A stretch of DNA of 64,000 nt from Octopus sinensis. Taxonomy: Eukaryota. Shown here one piece after another: positions 25,118 through 39,650 of this stretch. The stretch spans positions 53,630,001-53,694,000 of the forward strand of contig NC_042998.1 of assembly GCF_006345805.1 (NCBI RefSeq), given 5' to 3'. The notes beneath the pieces are model-generated. The model ran no database searches. It worked only from the letters and a program-made list of their open reading frames with translations, and was not told where the DNA came from. A program made the position numbers and the translations under genes. The first letter of the stretch is position 1; each line of letters starts with the position of its first letter.

Positions 25118-28100
25118 CTATAATTCGTAACCTTGGGAAAAATTCCCCCTAATTCTCTTCCAAACAAAACCTTTAAGATTCTAGCAGGGTATTTGTGAAT
25201 TGCATCAAGGGATTATTTTTTATGTTGAAAATTTTTTTATCAATATTCAAACTGTTTTTGCTAGATATATATTCTTTAATGTGGAAGGCATGATCTTGCT
25301 TACACTTACTCAACTCCCTTGTTTTAGGCATTTTATTGTTTATTAACAGTATAACTCTAATTATTTTCTATTTCCATACAAACTCCTGGCCATGTGGTTA
25401 AGAATTGCACTTTGCAATCACTGGTTTCAGATTTGTTGCCCCTATATGGCACCTTTAATACATATCTTCTGCTATAGCCTTACACTGATCAATATCTTGT
25501 GAGAATTCATACACCGAATCCATAGGAAGCCCATCATATGTGCATGGGGGGGGGAGCAGGGTACATGCGTGTATGTATGTGTGTTCACGTGTATGTATAT
25601 ATTATTAGTAACTTTCAGAAAATATACATGGTATTTCATGCTTTATACGTGTTTCAACAAATTAACTGCCAGGATTACATAACTCCTTATTGAAAAATTA
25701 TATTATTGTATTAATATATTTCCTCAGTATTCAGCGTGTGTGTGTGTGTGTGTGTGAATGTGCTGATGTCTTCTTACTGTCTTGATATTGTTTGCATGTA
25801 ATGTAGGCAGTATCACCTTATAGTTTGTATTAATCTTTAAAAAAATGATTATAAACTTCTAACACTCAGGCTCAAGATGGAGTTTAACAGAACTGATAAA
25901 ACAACAGCCAAAATGCCATGCAGTAATTAGTTCCATTTTATATTCTAAGATCAACTTTGTATTGGATTCTTCAGATTCTGATAAAATAAGTACCAATCAG
26001 GTACTGGTAAAAGATTTTAGTAACTCTTTACCTATCCTAAAATTTGTGGTCACCTACCTTTGTTAGAAATCAATATTCAATATGGCTCTTTACCATTGTC
26101 TTCATGGAGAAAAAACTGTGCCATGCAAAGAAAATTCTCAATGAAGACGCAAAATGTAACTGAATGGTAAAACACAAACTAGATTGAATCAGTAAATAAT
26201 AATGGACAATATAGAATTCTAAGATTGAGATTTAGTATTGATGTCTTAGTTTTCTATTCTAGAACGGTGAATATAAATCAAGTTCTCTTACATAGGCGTG
26301 TCAATTTAGATTAATAAGAGATATATAGTGGAAATCTGTCTCATTCTTGCTATTCCAAGAACATTCAAAGCCACTTAGAAAACTTTTCAATAAACCATAA
26401 TAAATATTGTAGTAGTTGCTAATGATCAATAAAGTACAATAAATACCTATGGTGTACCCAAGGTAGATTATCAAAACTTAAAAGTATCTGATATCTGTCA
26501 ATCTACTACAGAAATGTTCAATGTGCTTGTTTCAGCCATGCAATATATCTGTCTACAGGAAGGCAGCAAGCTGGCAGAATCATTCGGGCAAACTGCTTTG
26601 GGAATATTTCGTCCATCTTTGTGCTCTGAGTTCAAATATTACTGAGGATTTTGACTTTCATCCTTTCAGAGTCAATAAAATACATACCAGTTAATCACTG
26701 GGGTTGTACCTGCTCAGCCAAAATTTCTGGCCTTGTGCCAAAATTTGAGACCAGTATATCTTTCTACAGGATATATCATACTACAGTCTAGGCAATTAAC
26801 ACTGTACATTGGAGTATGTACTTTGGTCATCAAATTGGTGGTGACATGGTATATCTAGAACACAAGGTCTGTAGGTTTGGCTTAGTTGTTCAAGCTACTC
26901 ACCGCCATGCTATGGGACTGCTCCATCAGAGATGACCAGGAGTTACACATCTGTTTCATAGTCATCATCATATTTACATCTGTTTCCTCCATGCTGGCTG
27001 GGTAAAATCAAAACTTCTTAAGGTTTTATTCTACAGCTGGATACCCCTTTTTTTTATTTCAACCCTTATATATTTTCAAGTACGATACTTTGTTCTAAAT
27101 CTTCACAATGATAAACAGCTGATCACCAGGACGTTTTGTCCATGCAGAACATAAACACGTCACTCCTGCCCAAGGGATATGAATAAAAAAATACACAAAG
27201 ACTAACATTTCCCTCTATATACACACACACATGCACATATGCATACATACACAAGTTCACACTTACACACACATATATAACAACACAATATCTGTTTGAG
27301 AGTTGTATCAACCCAATGTAATCTGAGAGTATTTCTTGCAAAACAACAGAGAAGTTTTTAAGAGAACCATAAAATTAATTACCTTTATTAATTAGAAATT
27401 CCATTGAAACAAACAGACCATAAACCTTAAAATAAACACCAAAAATAAAACAAAAACTCCAATGAAAAATTAACTGCTCATTCATATTTTCCCACTTTAA
27501 TGATCAACTTTGTGTGAACGAAGTATTATTCATCTGAACAATGAAAGCAAAGGTTTGTTAGATTCAAATGGGCCATCCATATAATTAACTATGTTAGTAT
27601 GTTCAGCTTTTAACAGCAGCATATTCAGTAGTTTGAAGTGAAGTAGAAACTGCTGTGATGTTTCACTTCTCCTGTTGCTGCATGTTATTAGTTTCAGTGA
27701 AATCTTTGAAGAGGTTTTGAATATATTAGCCTATAAAAAGCATACATGTAAAGTAGCCTAAAAATTATTATTTAACCAAAGACATTTAATTATAACGTTG
27801 ATTAAATCAAATTACAACATGCTATCACAAGTAAAAATTATGGAGTCTCTATGCAGTAACTTGCCCCAAATTAGAACACTATATGTGTATATATCTATAT
27901 ATACTGAAGACTAGGACATATTAGATAGTATTGTCTAAAGGACACTATAATTGGACAAATTTGGGATGGCCATTCATGGAATGTCTTTGTAATTTGATAT
28001 TGTAATTTTTTTTTATGAAGACCGGTACTTATTGTATTGAATGCGTTTGCTGTGCTGCTAAGTTACAAGGATGTAAACACACCAATGCTGGTTGTCAAGC

Positions 28101-28140
28101 AGTGGTGGGAAACAAATACAGACACAAAGACACACATGGA

Positions 28141-29368
28141 TATACAAAGACATGACAGAAGTAAACAGACACCCCATAAAACATCGTTTTATGTTTAACT
28201 TGTAAAAATTCATATTTTTTATTAATTGACATTTTAAAATTTCAGGCTCCATATGTGACTGTTTAATCATGCCATGTACAAAAGAAGCCAAGGAACTGTC
28301 TAAATTTCAAAGAGGTCATATTGTGGGTCAATCTGAAGGTGGACATAGCATAAAATCACAGAAAATATTGTGATCCCGCTTTCTACAGTTAACAGAGTGA
28401 GTGTGCAATTTACCAGAGAGGGGAAGGAGTCTACATCACCTCACTCATGTTGACCAGAGCTCTCTGTCAAGAACATTCTCTTCGTTAAGAGAAAGTGTGG
28501 AGGATAATCCTTGTTGCGAAGCTTCTGACATAACAGAACATGTTGGTGTCAGTCCCAGAACAACTGTCAGCTATCTCTGCAGACTTAGTTACAATAGCAG
28601 AGCAGCTAGAAGGAAGCCACTTCTTTGACCAGCCAATATCAAGTGGAGAAAAGATTGGGCCAGTGAGATGGTGGAGAGGCCACTAGCATTTTGGGACATT
28701 GTCATATTCGCCGATGAGTCCAGATTTATTGTATTTTCTGACAGTGGTTGAGTGTGGGTCTGGAAACTCTGCGATCAAGAATTTGATGGGAAACGATTGC
28801 AGCCAACAATGAAACACTGCAGCTATTCTGTGATGGTCTGGGGAGCAATTTAGAGCAATGGTCAGTCAGAGATGATGGAGTGTGGGAAACATAAATCCAG
28901 ATAAATATATGTCCATATTGCAGACAGAACTCCTTCCAATTTTCTCCAGTGGTGAAATGATTAATGAAGACTGTTTATGGAAGATGGGGCTCCTTGTCAC
29001 ATGGTTAAAAATGACCCAAGATTTGTTAGATGAGAATGACATTAAAAAGCTTTTGTTGCCAAGCTAATCACCAGGTAAGAACCCTATTGAACACCTCTGG
29101 GGCATAATGAACAGGGTACTTCATAAAATGAACAAGAAAGCATCATCAAAGCCAGATCTTTTGAGATTACTGCATGAAACTTGGCAAGAAATTCCTCAAT
29201 TCATTAATATGCCTGATAGGATCCTTGCATTGAATAATGCAAGGAGCATATCAACTAAATATTCACATTATAACAATTAATAAATAATTTGAATGTATAA
29301 TTTCAGATTTAAACAAATTTTAACAATTACAAGGGTGTCTATTTATTTCTGTCATGTCTGTGTTTATA
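28141..29368 (+). mobile_element. Full-length but decayed Tc1 (DD34E) transposon
   Basis: TIRs tatacaaagacatgacagaagtaaacagacaccc / gggtgtctatttatttctgtcatgtctgtgtttata; transposase motifs ARRKPLL, IFADESRF, VMVWGAI, DGAPCH, SPGKNPIEHLW with stops and frameshifts. Confidence 0.93.
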
Positions 29369-29384
29369 TACATACATATATACA

Positions 29385-29542
29385 ATGGGCTTCTTTCAGT
29401 TTCCATCTGCCAAATCTAGCCACAAGGTTTTGGTCAGCTTGAGGCTATAGTAGAAGACACTTGCTCAAAGTGACACAAAGTGGGACTGAACGTGGAACCA
29501 TGTGGTTGGGAAGCAAGCTTCTTACCCCACAGCCATGACTGC
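29385..29542 (-). mobile_element. Family A SINE, 5' half
   Basis: Reverse complement of the family A head. Confidence 0.8.
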
Positions 29543-30468
29543 ATCTGGAAATATGGAATGCTTCACAAATTTGTGTCATCCTTGCACAGAGGCCATTCTA
29601 ATCTTCCCTGTATTATTCCAATTTTAGATTACGTACAACCAAAGCTAATATACACAGGATTTTATCTAATGTAACTAAATATTTCATTAGAGATGAAAAA
29701 TAAGGGGTTTACCATAATTTATAAAGGCCTTTTAAGAACAGAGGTTTTAGTTGTAGGAATATAATTTGGTTGACTGGGTGTAAATAGTCAGAAGAGTGAT
29801 AGGATAAGAGTAAAACAAGTTGGGTTAAGAGGGAGTTTAACAGGTTTGAGTTCAATGTATAGAGTGCAAAGACATTGAGAGGTTTGTTCATTAGAGCAGG
29901 ATTTAAAACGATTACATATTGTGTTTAACTTATTTATTAACATTGCTTTGAATTAATCAATTATTATCTCATAGTTTCAAAATTTCAATGATGTGCAGGA
30001 TCAGGCCAGTTTGAATATAAAGCTAGTAGAATATTTATGATGGATATGGCTGGTTTAAATGCTAAAGGGTTAAGTAAGTCCCTGGACTTACTTTTGCTTC
30101 CAGTCTCAAGACTCACAGGGCCACTTACCCAGTTTCCATGGTGTGCAAGCAACCAAGATCACAACATCTTCCCTGAACAGGATGTCGGTCTCTTGCAGGG
30201 TTATTTATTTACAGCTGAGTGGAACGAGACAATATGAAACGAAATATTTTGTTCAAGACAGAAAGAGGACAAAATACCTTATCTTTCTGCTGTTTTCACA
30301 GCTATACTGCATTTATAATTTACTATCTTGTCTGTAAAATACCAAACACATTCGATTTTTCCAAATTTTGATTACAAAATGTTGTCGCTTTCCTAAAGCT
30401 ATTATTTAGTGTTCAAATTGACATAATTGGTGTTAGCAGACACTGTAGCTTAATGGTAGAGTACTAAG

Positions 30469-30698
30469 GTGGCGAGCTGGCAGAAACGTTAGCATGCCAG
30501 GCAAAATGCTTAGCGGTATTTCGTCTGCCGTTACATTCTGAGTCCAAATTGTGCCGAGGTCGACTTTGCCTTTCATCCTTTCAGGGTCGATAAATTAAGT
30601 ACCAGTTATGCACTGGGGTCTATGTAACCAACTTAATCCGTTTGTCTGTCCTTGTTTGTGCTCTCTGTGTTTAACCCCCTGTGGGTAGTAAAGAAATA
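30469..30698 (+). mobile_element. Family B SINE
   Basis: ggcgagctggcagaaacgttagc...gtgggtagtaaagaaata. Confidence 0.92.
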
Positions 30699-31384
30699 TA
30701 TATTGCATTTGAAATATTACTTTCTTGTCTGTAAAATACTTTCAGGAATATAAACAGTTCCAAAACTATTACTGTGGAGTAACAAAGTAAACTTTTCAGA
30801 CAGAACAATGGACTATTTCTGGTACAATGTGAACATAGGAACCAGATGTAATTTCCTCAATGAGCCAAAATTCTTTAGGTACTTTGATGAAACCATTGTT
30901 GAAACACTAAATGTTGTAACATATCCCATCACTTTAAACAAGTTGAACTGACATGTGGTGCTGAGTTCAGCTTTAAAGACTTAGAAATCTAAAAAGGAAA
31001 AGAGATAGGTCTTTGTAAATACTATATTAACACAGTGTTACATCAGAAGGTTATTATCAGTAGGAATGTTAGATAATCAAAGAATGCTATAATTTATTCT
31101 AATGGAGGTGGGGGTGAGGTGGGGTGGGGGGCTCTGTTCATTATATTCATAAATGAGTCAGAAAGAGAGTCGAGTTTTATTCTGGGAAAGGAAAATAATT
31201 AGAATCAGACATTTAGCATAAACTAACATGAGGATATGTGATACATGTATCAAATGCCGGAAATTAGCTTTGTGAGATCTTTCTTCTTTGTCTTGTTGGC
31301 AATTGATAATATGACTTTTGAAAATAACCCCACACGCTCATACTGATTCTCTTCAATTTCTCTGTAAAAGCATGAGTCAATATA

Positions 31385-31486
31385 CATGCCCGTATATCTA
31401 AATGGTCTGTATATTTTTATAGGTGTATGTTTGTGTGTGGATACATATACATACATACATACATACATACATACATACTACATACA

Positions 31487-31522
<36 letters not shown>

Positions 31523-31735
31523 TATATATAGACACATATATTATATCTATCTATCTATATATATGTATATTACATCTATCTATCGATCTATATATATATA
31601 TATATATTATATATCTATTTATCTATATATATATAGTATATATAAATATATAATATATATAATATATGTATATTATTTATATAATATATATCCATATATA
31701 TATATAATATATAAATAATATATATTATGTATATA
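31385..31735. repeat. (TACA)n/(TA)n/(TCTA)n compound microsatellite
   Basis: Visible. Confidence 0.9.
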
Positions 31736-31737
31736 AA

Positions 31738-31950
31738 GGCGGCGAGCTGGTAGAAACGTTAGCACGTTGGGTGAAATGCCTGGCGGTATTTTGTCTGCCA
31801 CTATGTTCTGAGTTCAAATTGTGCCGAGGTCGACTTTGCCTTTCATCCTTTCGAGGTCGATTAAATAAGTACCAGTTACGCACTGGGGTCGATATAATCG
31901 ACTCAATCCATGTGTCTGTCCCCTCTGTGTTTAGCCCCTTGTGGGCAGTT
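31738..31950 (+). mobile_element. Family B SINE
   Basis: Aligns with 30469-30698. Confidence 0.9.
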
Positions 31951-32017
31951 AAAAAAAAAAAATATATATATATATATCTATCTATCTATATATATATATA
32001 TGTATGTATTCTTTTTA

Positions 32018-32237
32018 CCCTTTCTTTTACTTGTTTCAGTCATATGACTGAGGCCATGCTGGAGCACCACCTTTAGTTGAGCTAATCGACGCCAGGACTT
32101 ATTCCTTGTAACCCTAGTACTCATTCTATCAGTCTCTTTTACCAAACTGCTAAGTTACAGGGGACGTAAACACACCACCATCAGTTGCCAAACAATGTTG
32201 GTGGAGGAGACAAACACAGACACACAAACATATACAC

Positions 32238-32281
<44 letters not shown>

Positions 32282-32418
32282 GATGGGCTTCTTTCAGTTT
32301 CTCTCTACCAAATCCACAGGTTTTGGTCAGCCTGAGACTCAAGTAGAAGACACTTGCACAAGGTTCCATGTGATGGGACTGAACCAGAAGCTATGTGGCT
32401 GGTAAGCAAGCTACTTAC
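32018..32418 (-). mobile_element. Family A SINE, full length
   Basis: Reverse complement of the 2598-3071 organisation, including the internal microsatellite. Confidence 0.9.
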
Positions 32419-32452
32419 TACACAGCCACTCCTGTGCCTATTACACACATAT

Positions 32453-32495
<43 letters not shown>

Positions 32496-32868
32496 CACAC
32501 CCACATATATATATATACTGTATATGTATGCCTGTATACACACTCGCATATATATACACACACACATTTATATATATATATAATTATCAATAATAATAAA
32601 GGGTAAAATTAATCAATTAATAATTAATAATTTTACAAAGTAGTTCGGTATGTTAAAAGAACCATTATCGGTAAACTTACACAAAAATTCTATAAATATG
32701 AGTATAATCATAATTAGGGTTCAGCAAAATTTGCTTCACCACATACCGAAATTTAGAAATAGCAGTTAAACTACTATTCAGCTACTATAAGATATCTCCC
32801 AGAGAGCAATACTCAACAACTCACGCAGGTAAAGAGAAAAAAATAACGAATCTACCCAGCTCTGATTA

Positions 32869-32951
32869 ACTGTATACGCGTTTCGGAGTTAGACAAATGT
32901 GAAAAATGTAAAATCATATTTCTATTTACTCATTCTCTTCATCAGTACAGT
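32869..32951 (-). ncRNA. Minimal type I hammerhead ribozyme motif (Penelope-associated type)
   Basis: Minus strand: actgta CTGATGA agag-[46 nt]-ctcc GAAA cgcg TA tacagt. Perfect 6-bp stem I, palindromic ACGCGU stem III, GUA triplet. Confidence 0.8.
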
Positions 32952-33079
32952 ATTTCAAATTTTAAATTTGAGAGCACTGATAATTAACATACGTATTTGA
33001 CCAAGCATCATCAAACAGCATACATATATATAAGACTAGTACTTCATTGGCACACGTGGGTGAATGAGGAGGAATGCGA

Positions 33080-34192
33080 GATCTCATTCGTGTGTTTTTG
33101 AATTCGGAAGTAGTCTCATCCACAGCAAGAAAATATGCAACAAGATCTTTTTCTTTTTCAGCCAACTATGTTTTCAACCGATCAGCAACCATATTTCTGC
33201 TAATACTCACGTTAGCAAATAATTTCTTCTTGTCTGGACGCAAACATCACACATTTTCATCACACTGTTCTTCACAAACTCTTCTTCGGTAAATGGCTGG
33301 GATGATTTTGTAATCTCCTCTGTCACAATAAAAATTGCTTTAATAGCAGCTTCATTTTGTGATTTTGCTTTGATTAAAAATGTCTTTTGTAATATGGGAT
33401 TCCTCTTCAACTCTTCAAACCTTTCATTGCTTCAAACCTTTCATTGCTTCTGCTCAGCAGTGAGATATTTATACTTGTCCTGATGTTTTGTCTCGTAGTG
33501 GTGTTTGCGATTATATTCTTTAAGTACAGCAACATTAGCACTACAGTTAAGACACACAGGTTTGCCATCAATGTCAGTAAACATGTACTCAGTTTCTCAC
33601 CAGATTTAAAAGGCTCTGTTTTCAGCATCAACTTTTCTCTTGGCCATTGATATAGGTAACTACTACAACTACTGAATGACGTCACATGAAAATGATCACC
33701 CAAAAGCGTGATACAGTGGCTGTTGCAGTGCATTGTGGGGTTAGTAGATTTTGCGTCATCAGCGCTTCAGAACATGCAATTAGAGAATTGCAGGAGGTGT
33801 TTCCTAGCATGCTTCGTTGCAGTTACAATTAAGACTTGTGGCTGTGTTATCATGTCACTTTAATGTGTTCTTTTGTACAGACATGGGGTAATAGTTACAT
33901 TGGTGTTGTTTCTACTCGTGTATTGAATTATTGCTACGTTTGGTGACACCCTCTGTAAGAAAGGTAGTGCAGTCAGTGCTATATATAATGCAATGGCCTG
34001 CTTTAGCCACACACTCTCTATGTGTAGTTGTAACAAGAAGGCATGGGTGCTGCTGAGGGCAGCAAAGTATTCTATTTGCTGATGCCACCAGTTGGACCAA
34101 TTTCATGCTGATATCAAAATGGTCCTGTGGGCCGGATGAAATTGCTGCATGGTCCAGAAGTGGCCTGTGAGCTGGGAGTTTGACATATCTAC
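33080..34192 (-). mobile_element. hAT (SPIN/Buster, GTF2IRD2-like) transposon 5' fragment
   Basis: Minus strand: TIR-like atgtcaaactcccagctcacaggccac...ggccc; N-terminal FVDIDGKPVCLNC..HYETKH zinc-finger-like segment; VSISRNMVADRL; YFLAVDETT. Confidence 0.8.
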
Positions 34193-34684
34193 CTTACATG
34201 AAAAAACATATAAAGCTTAGCAAAATGAAGGGCATCTATCTCTAAAACAATGCCTCAGTAAACTTATGCTAAAATTTCTCCCCGCAAACTACATCTCTGT
34301 CTCTGTTCAAACATCATCTCCCCTTCTTTCATGTTTCCTCTGTTTACTATATCATTACTATTCTACTGCCTTCCACCTTTTGCGAGTCATCGCCTATTTT
34401 CCCCTACCTACTCTCTAACTTACATTTATCATCAGTCATCCTTGCACCCTTGTTCACAATACACTGCTGACACCCCCTCATCTTCAACCATTGTACAGTT
34501 TTCACCTACTCTCCCCTACTTTCCCGTCCACTCATTTTTATCATCAACCACATCTCTACCCTTGTTCTCCATAGAAACAGAAATATAAAGTTATACATTT
34601 CGGTATGCTACTAATATGTGTGTACGTAAATTTATGTGCAGCCAGCATCTGCATACAAGAAAACTCATTCTTCTGGCACATGCA

Positions 34685-34726
<42 letters not shown>

Positions 34727-34732
<6 letters not shown>

Positions 34733-34899
34733 TATACACATATACATACATGGGGATTACAAATATATATATATTTGTAATATATATATGTATGTGTGTT
34801 TACAGATATACACATATACATACATAGGGATTACAAATATATATATATTTGTAATATATATACATATACATACATATTACAAATATATATATATTTGTA

Positions 34900-34932
<33 letters not shown>

Positions 34933-34952
34933 CATACATGGGGATTACAAAC
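34727..34952. repeat. Minisatellite with palindromic core attacaaatatatatatatttgtaat
   Basis: Three near-complete units of tacacatatacatac-gggattacaaa(ta)nttt gtaa plus a partial fourth. Confidence 0.85.
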
Positions 34953-35391
34953 CTGTAACCATACACAGTATATGAATGAAGTCAACAAACTCCCAAACTC
35001 TTCAGAATCTTATTCTAGATAAAAGGAAGGAAGACATATTTGATTATAGAATTTCTTGAAACTAAAAAGAGAAAGAAAAAAAATGAACATGATGTATTAA
35101 ACAAAAAAAAAACACAGTTATTTACTTGTACAGCAAAGGTGTATTTCTCCTGGAGAATGTTGCCAACTTTCATATAAGAAAAAAAATGAAAGAAGGAAAG
35201 AAAGAAACGAAGAAAGAAAAATCCCACTAAGCCTACCACTTTTTGAACAATTGAATAAAACTGAACATTCTTGATTGTGAAGACATGTGAAGTCTTTCTC
35301 ATGTAGCATTATTTTTTTCTTCTTAATCATACACAAAAGTGAAATTTAATAAAGGCACATGAAAATAAGGGAAGAGAAACCAACACAATGG

Positions 35392-35394
<3 letters not shown>

Positions 35395-35452
<58 letters not shown>

Positions 35453-35562
35453 CATACATGTATGTATGTATGTATGTATGTATGTATGTATGTATGTATG
35501 TATGTATGTATGTATGTATGTATGTATGTATGTATGCATGTATGTATGTATGTATTTATAAG
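35395..35562. repeat. (TA)n/(TATG)n microsatellite
   Basis: Visible. Confidence 0.95.
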
Positions 35563-36559
35563 TATGTGCATGTGTGTTTAAGTGTGCATACATACTTTTT
35601 TAACTTATTTCTATAAGTATCCTTTGACTTCTAAATAACTTCATATAAGAAGCTATATTTATTAAGATGCCTTTGTATCAAGGCATGGGTATATCCAGAA
35701 ATATGATTATTTGATTTTTATGAAAAGATGTGTAAAGATATGCATTAAATATATATATGCATCTGTGTATGTACTTATGTGTATATGAATGTGTGTGTGT
35801 ATATATATATATATATAAATATGTACACTCACATACATACACATGTACATATATATAGTCATTTTATCTTTGAGATTACACTAAAGCACCAATACTTCAG
35901 AAGCCCCTTTTGGGTTAGTTACACCTGACATTTACGTTTTTGAAAGCTTTGTTGTATCAACATATTTTGTTAATATTATATACACACACACTCACACATA
36001 TGGGGTGGGGTTGGCCAAAAGTAGGCACACAGTTGCCTAATATGAGTGTAATGTTCTTTTCATTTCTCTATTCCTGTTTTAGGATAAGAATTCTATGATT
36101 CTATGTTCTTATTAGCTAATTCTTTGTAGTTAAGATTGTTTGCCAACATAACATGGCAGTCCTGGTTTAGGATGAATGTTGCTGTAATTTAGCCCAGGAG
36201 ACATCGTCTCCAGCTGGCTATACAACATGATCTGTGTCCTTATATTTTTGAACAAGGGAATCTAGCACCCTCACTCTGCTCAAAACAATATCTGTGTATT
36301 GCGATTTCTGTGTTTATTCCCTTTATCAGCATAGAATAATTGTTCAGCTAGAGGTGGCGCTGCCAATCCCAGAAAAGTGTTCAACTAGTCAGAGTTACCA
36401 CAAAACAAAATAAAATGTGTGTGGCTCAAGCATTCACTCAAAAAGCAAAAACAAAGGGTTCCAATGAACTAGGCATCTCCTGTAGAGTCCTTGGTCAACT
36501 TATGAATCCCTTATTTAAAAAGGAAATAGAAAAATGAAAAGAACATTCCACTCATATAA

Positions 36560-36856
36560 AGAAACTGTATACCTACTTTTGCCCATCCCTGTATATAAAA
36601 GGTAATGGTAAAGTTTCTTTCTTGGGTCATACCAAGTCATAAGGGCCAGTTTCCAAGTTTCCACAGCGTATATATTCGCCACCTGGCCAGGACACAGGTC
36701 CATTCCAGAATTACTCACTTTTGCCAGCTGAGTGGACTGGAACAACATGAAAGGAAGAGTTTTGATCAAGAACACAACGCGTCGCCCGGTCCAGGAATTG
36801 AAACAGCAATCTTATGATCATGAATCGAACACCATAACTACTAAGCCACGTGCTTC
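36560..36856 (-). mobile_element. Family D-related SINE
   Basis: ttgccagctgagtggactggaacaac...ccataactactaagccacgtgc. Confidence 0.75.
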
Positions 36857-38039
36857 CACTATCCCTGTATATATGTATGGGCTGTCCCAAATGTATTGCA
36901 AATGTGGGTTTACGCTTTTTACGAACTGACATGGGTCATTCAAATTGCACATGCTAAATAAATGAACTCTTTCTCTATAGTAAACTCTTTTTCTTGTTCT
37001 TCTTCATTATAGACAAATATATTGTTCCGAGCATAAGCATCATGGAGATCTTGGTGAAGGTGTACAGACTATCCAGCATCTACAAGAGGCTACAGTTTCT
37101 TTAAAGAGTTAGCACCATTGACAAGAGTACTGTGCATAGAAGGAATGGAAAAACCAGCTCCAGCTTTGAAGATTAAACATACAATAGTAGATCAACAACT
37201 ACAACCACTAACAAATATTGCCAATAAATAGATAAATTGGTTTTGGTGAACAGATGAGTAGAAGCTTTTGCTGTAGTTTAGCCCTGATCAAGCAGACCAT
37301 TGGACCAAGACCAATCTAACCATGAGTATCACATCTTTTCAAATAAAATTCATCTCCGACTTCTTTTGTCAATAAGTTCTGTGTGTATATAAAAATATTC
37401 TGGCATTATGTTTGTAAATGCTTATGAAATTGATTAATAATAATGATATAGGAACTTATCTGTTTTCTTTGGATAATTACTGAATAATTAGTAAGCTTCA
37501 CTACATCTCTCACTCTCCTCTACACTCTTGCAAAATCCACTCACCTACACTCTTTGTTCTCCTGTCCCCACCCAGTTTTATTTACCTTGAACCTTGGGGC
37601 TTCAGACTGTCAGCTCGTCACCATTTTATCTCTTTCCAAATCCAGTCTAGTCACTAACATTCTTTTTTCTTTAACCATTTAGCATTCAATTTACTCTCTC
37701 AAATGTAAAGCTTATTTATTCACATTGTTTTGAATTAATCATGGATTGTCTTGCAGCTCTGAAATTTTGATGATGTGACAGGCTGGATTTGGCTGGTTTC
37801 AACATAAAACAGTAAAATATTTGGGCTGGGTATGGCCAGTTTAAATGTTAAAGTGTTAATGTAAGTAGCTATCTAGCCATGTAGTTCTTCTACAGCAAGA
37901 AGACTGTTTAGTTCTGGCCCATTTTCTCATAGTTTATTCCTTCATCCCTCTCTCTTCTGTAGTTCCATTCAATCAAAGGGATCGGATCTTAATCTAGCAA
38001 GCTTCATGGTGGCCTCGCTAGTGTTGGTGCCATAGAAAA

Positions 38040-38337
38040 GGCACTCCATCGGTTATAATGAGTGTTCTAGTTGATCCAGTTAACAGAACATCTTGCTCAT
38101 TAAATTAACGTGCAAGTGGTTGAGCACTCCACAGACACACATGCCCTTAACATAGTTCTCAAGGAGATTCAGCATGACACAATGAATTACAGGTACTACT
38201 CATTTTTGCCAGCTGAGTGGACTGGAGCAATGAGAAATAAAGTGTCTTGCTTAAGAACACAATGCCCTGCAAGTATCGAACTCAGGACCTTGCAAATGTG
38301 AGCTGAATGTCCTAACCACTGCGCCACACACCTCCAC
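38040..38337 (-). mobile_element. Family D SINE
   Basis: Aligns with 3383-3680. Confidence 0.82.
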
Positions 38338-38739
38338 TAAATGATGATGATAACACACACATACATACTCACAAATACATATACACACATATGCACACAG
38401 AGGCATATATACATTACTAAGCAGCATACACATGTACATTTAATTGTTCACATGCTGTGGTTTTATGTTTTGTATGAGCTGTTGGTTATTATTCTTATAA
38501 GAATTTCATATCTATCTAATTCTATGCATATGTATATAGGTATTTAAACACTTCTATATTTATGCATGCTTTCATACATATATGCATATATACATACATT
38601 CATAACATATAGATCCATACAAACATACATTATCAACATATGCATACAAATATACAATCATATATATATACATTACATAACATATACACATAGACACAAT
38701 ATATTATATATATGTATGTATGTATATATAATATATATA

Positions 38740-38995
38740 TATACATTTATATATTCGTTTTACAAGATATATATATATAATATATATATATATATTATAT
38801 ATATATATATACATTTATATTCGTTTTACAAGATAGATATATATATATATATATATATATACATTTATATATTCGTTTTGCAAGATATATATTTCTATAT
38901 ATATATATATATATACATTATATATTCGTTTTGCAAGATATATATATATATATATATATACATTTATATATTCGTTTTGCAAGATATATATATAT
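38740..38995. repeat. Minisatellite catttatatattcgttttrcaagat(ta)n, 5 copies
   Basis: Core recurs at ~38743, 38812, 38862, 38917 and 38961 with variable TA spacers. Confidence 0.9.
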
Positions 38996-39590
38996 ACATA
39001 CATACACGTATGAACAAACGTATATGCACATATATATCTATGGCCATATGTGTCTATCTGATTTATAAACAGAAGTGATGTTATCCTTCAATGAAAAGAG
39101 CAACGTAGTTGTTTGCTCTTCTTTTTCAACTTATCAGTGATAAAACACATATAAAAATGTCTTTAATCTCCACTATTCTTTTTGATGTCTTTCTCATGTT
39201 TCATATTTTCCTTTTTTTTTTCTCCTTGGTTCTATATATGCTTATATAAATGCATATGTATACGTCTGTATATGTCTAAATATACATACATATTTATATA
39301 ATTTTATTTGTGTATATATGTATATACATACATATATATATATGTGTGTGTGTGTGTGTATGGTATATAATATTATAAATATGTAACACATATAATATCA
39401 TATATATACATATAAATATGTATATCATACATATATATATGTATATATATATATTATATATATATATATATATATCATATATACATATATATATATGTAT
39501 ATATATATATAGAGATAATCTAAATATAATATATCATCTATATATACATATTCATATATGTATGTATATATACACATATATATGTATGTG

Positions 39591-39650
<60 letters not shown>

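Noticed and set aside
25865-25975. Minus-strand exon-like frame ESEESNTKLILEY...
   Set aside because: It overlaps a degenerate family B SINE core, which supplies the apparent acceptor.
27073-27176. Good minus-strand acceptor followed by GVTCLCSAWTKRPG...
   Set aside because: Short, stops in all frames, no supporting homology.
30444-30468. gtagcttaatggtagagtac, tRNA-like
   Set aside because: Only a D-arm/A-box fragment with no anticodon or T arm; likely a SINE head remnant.
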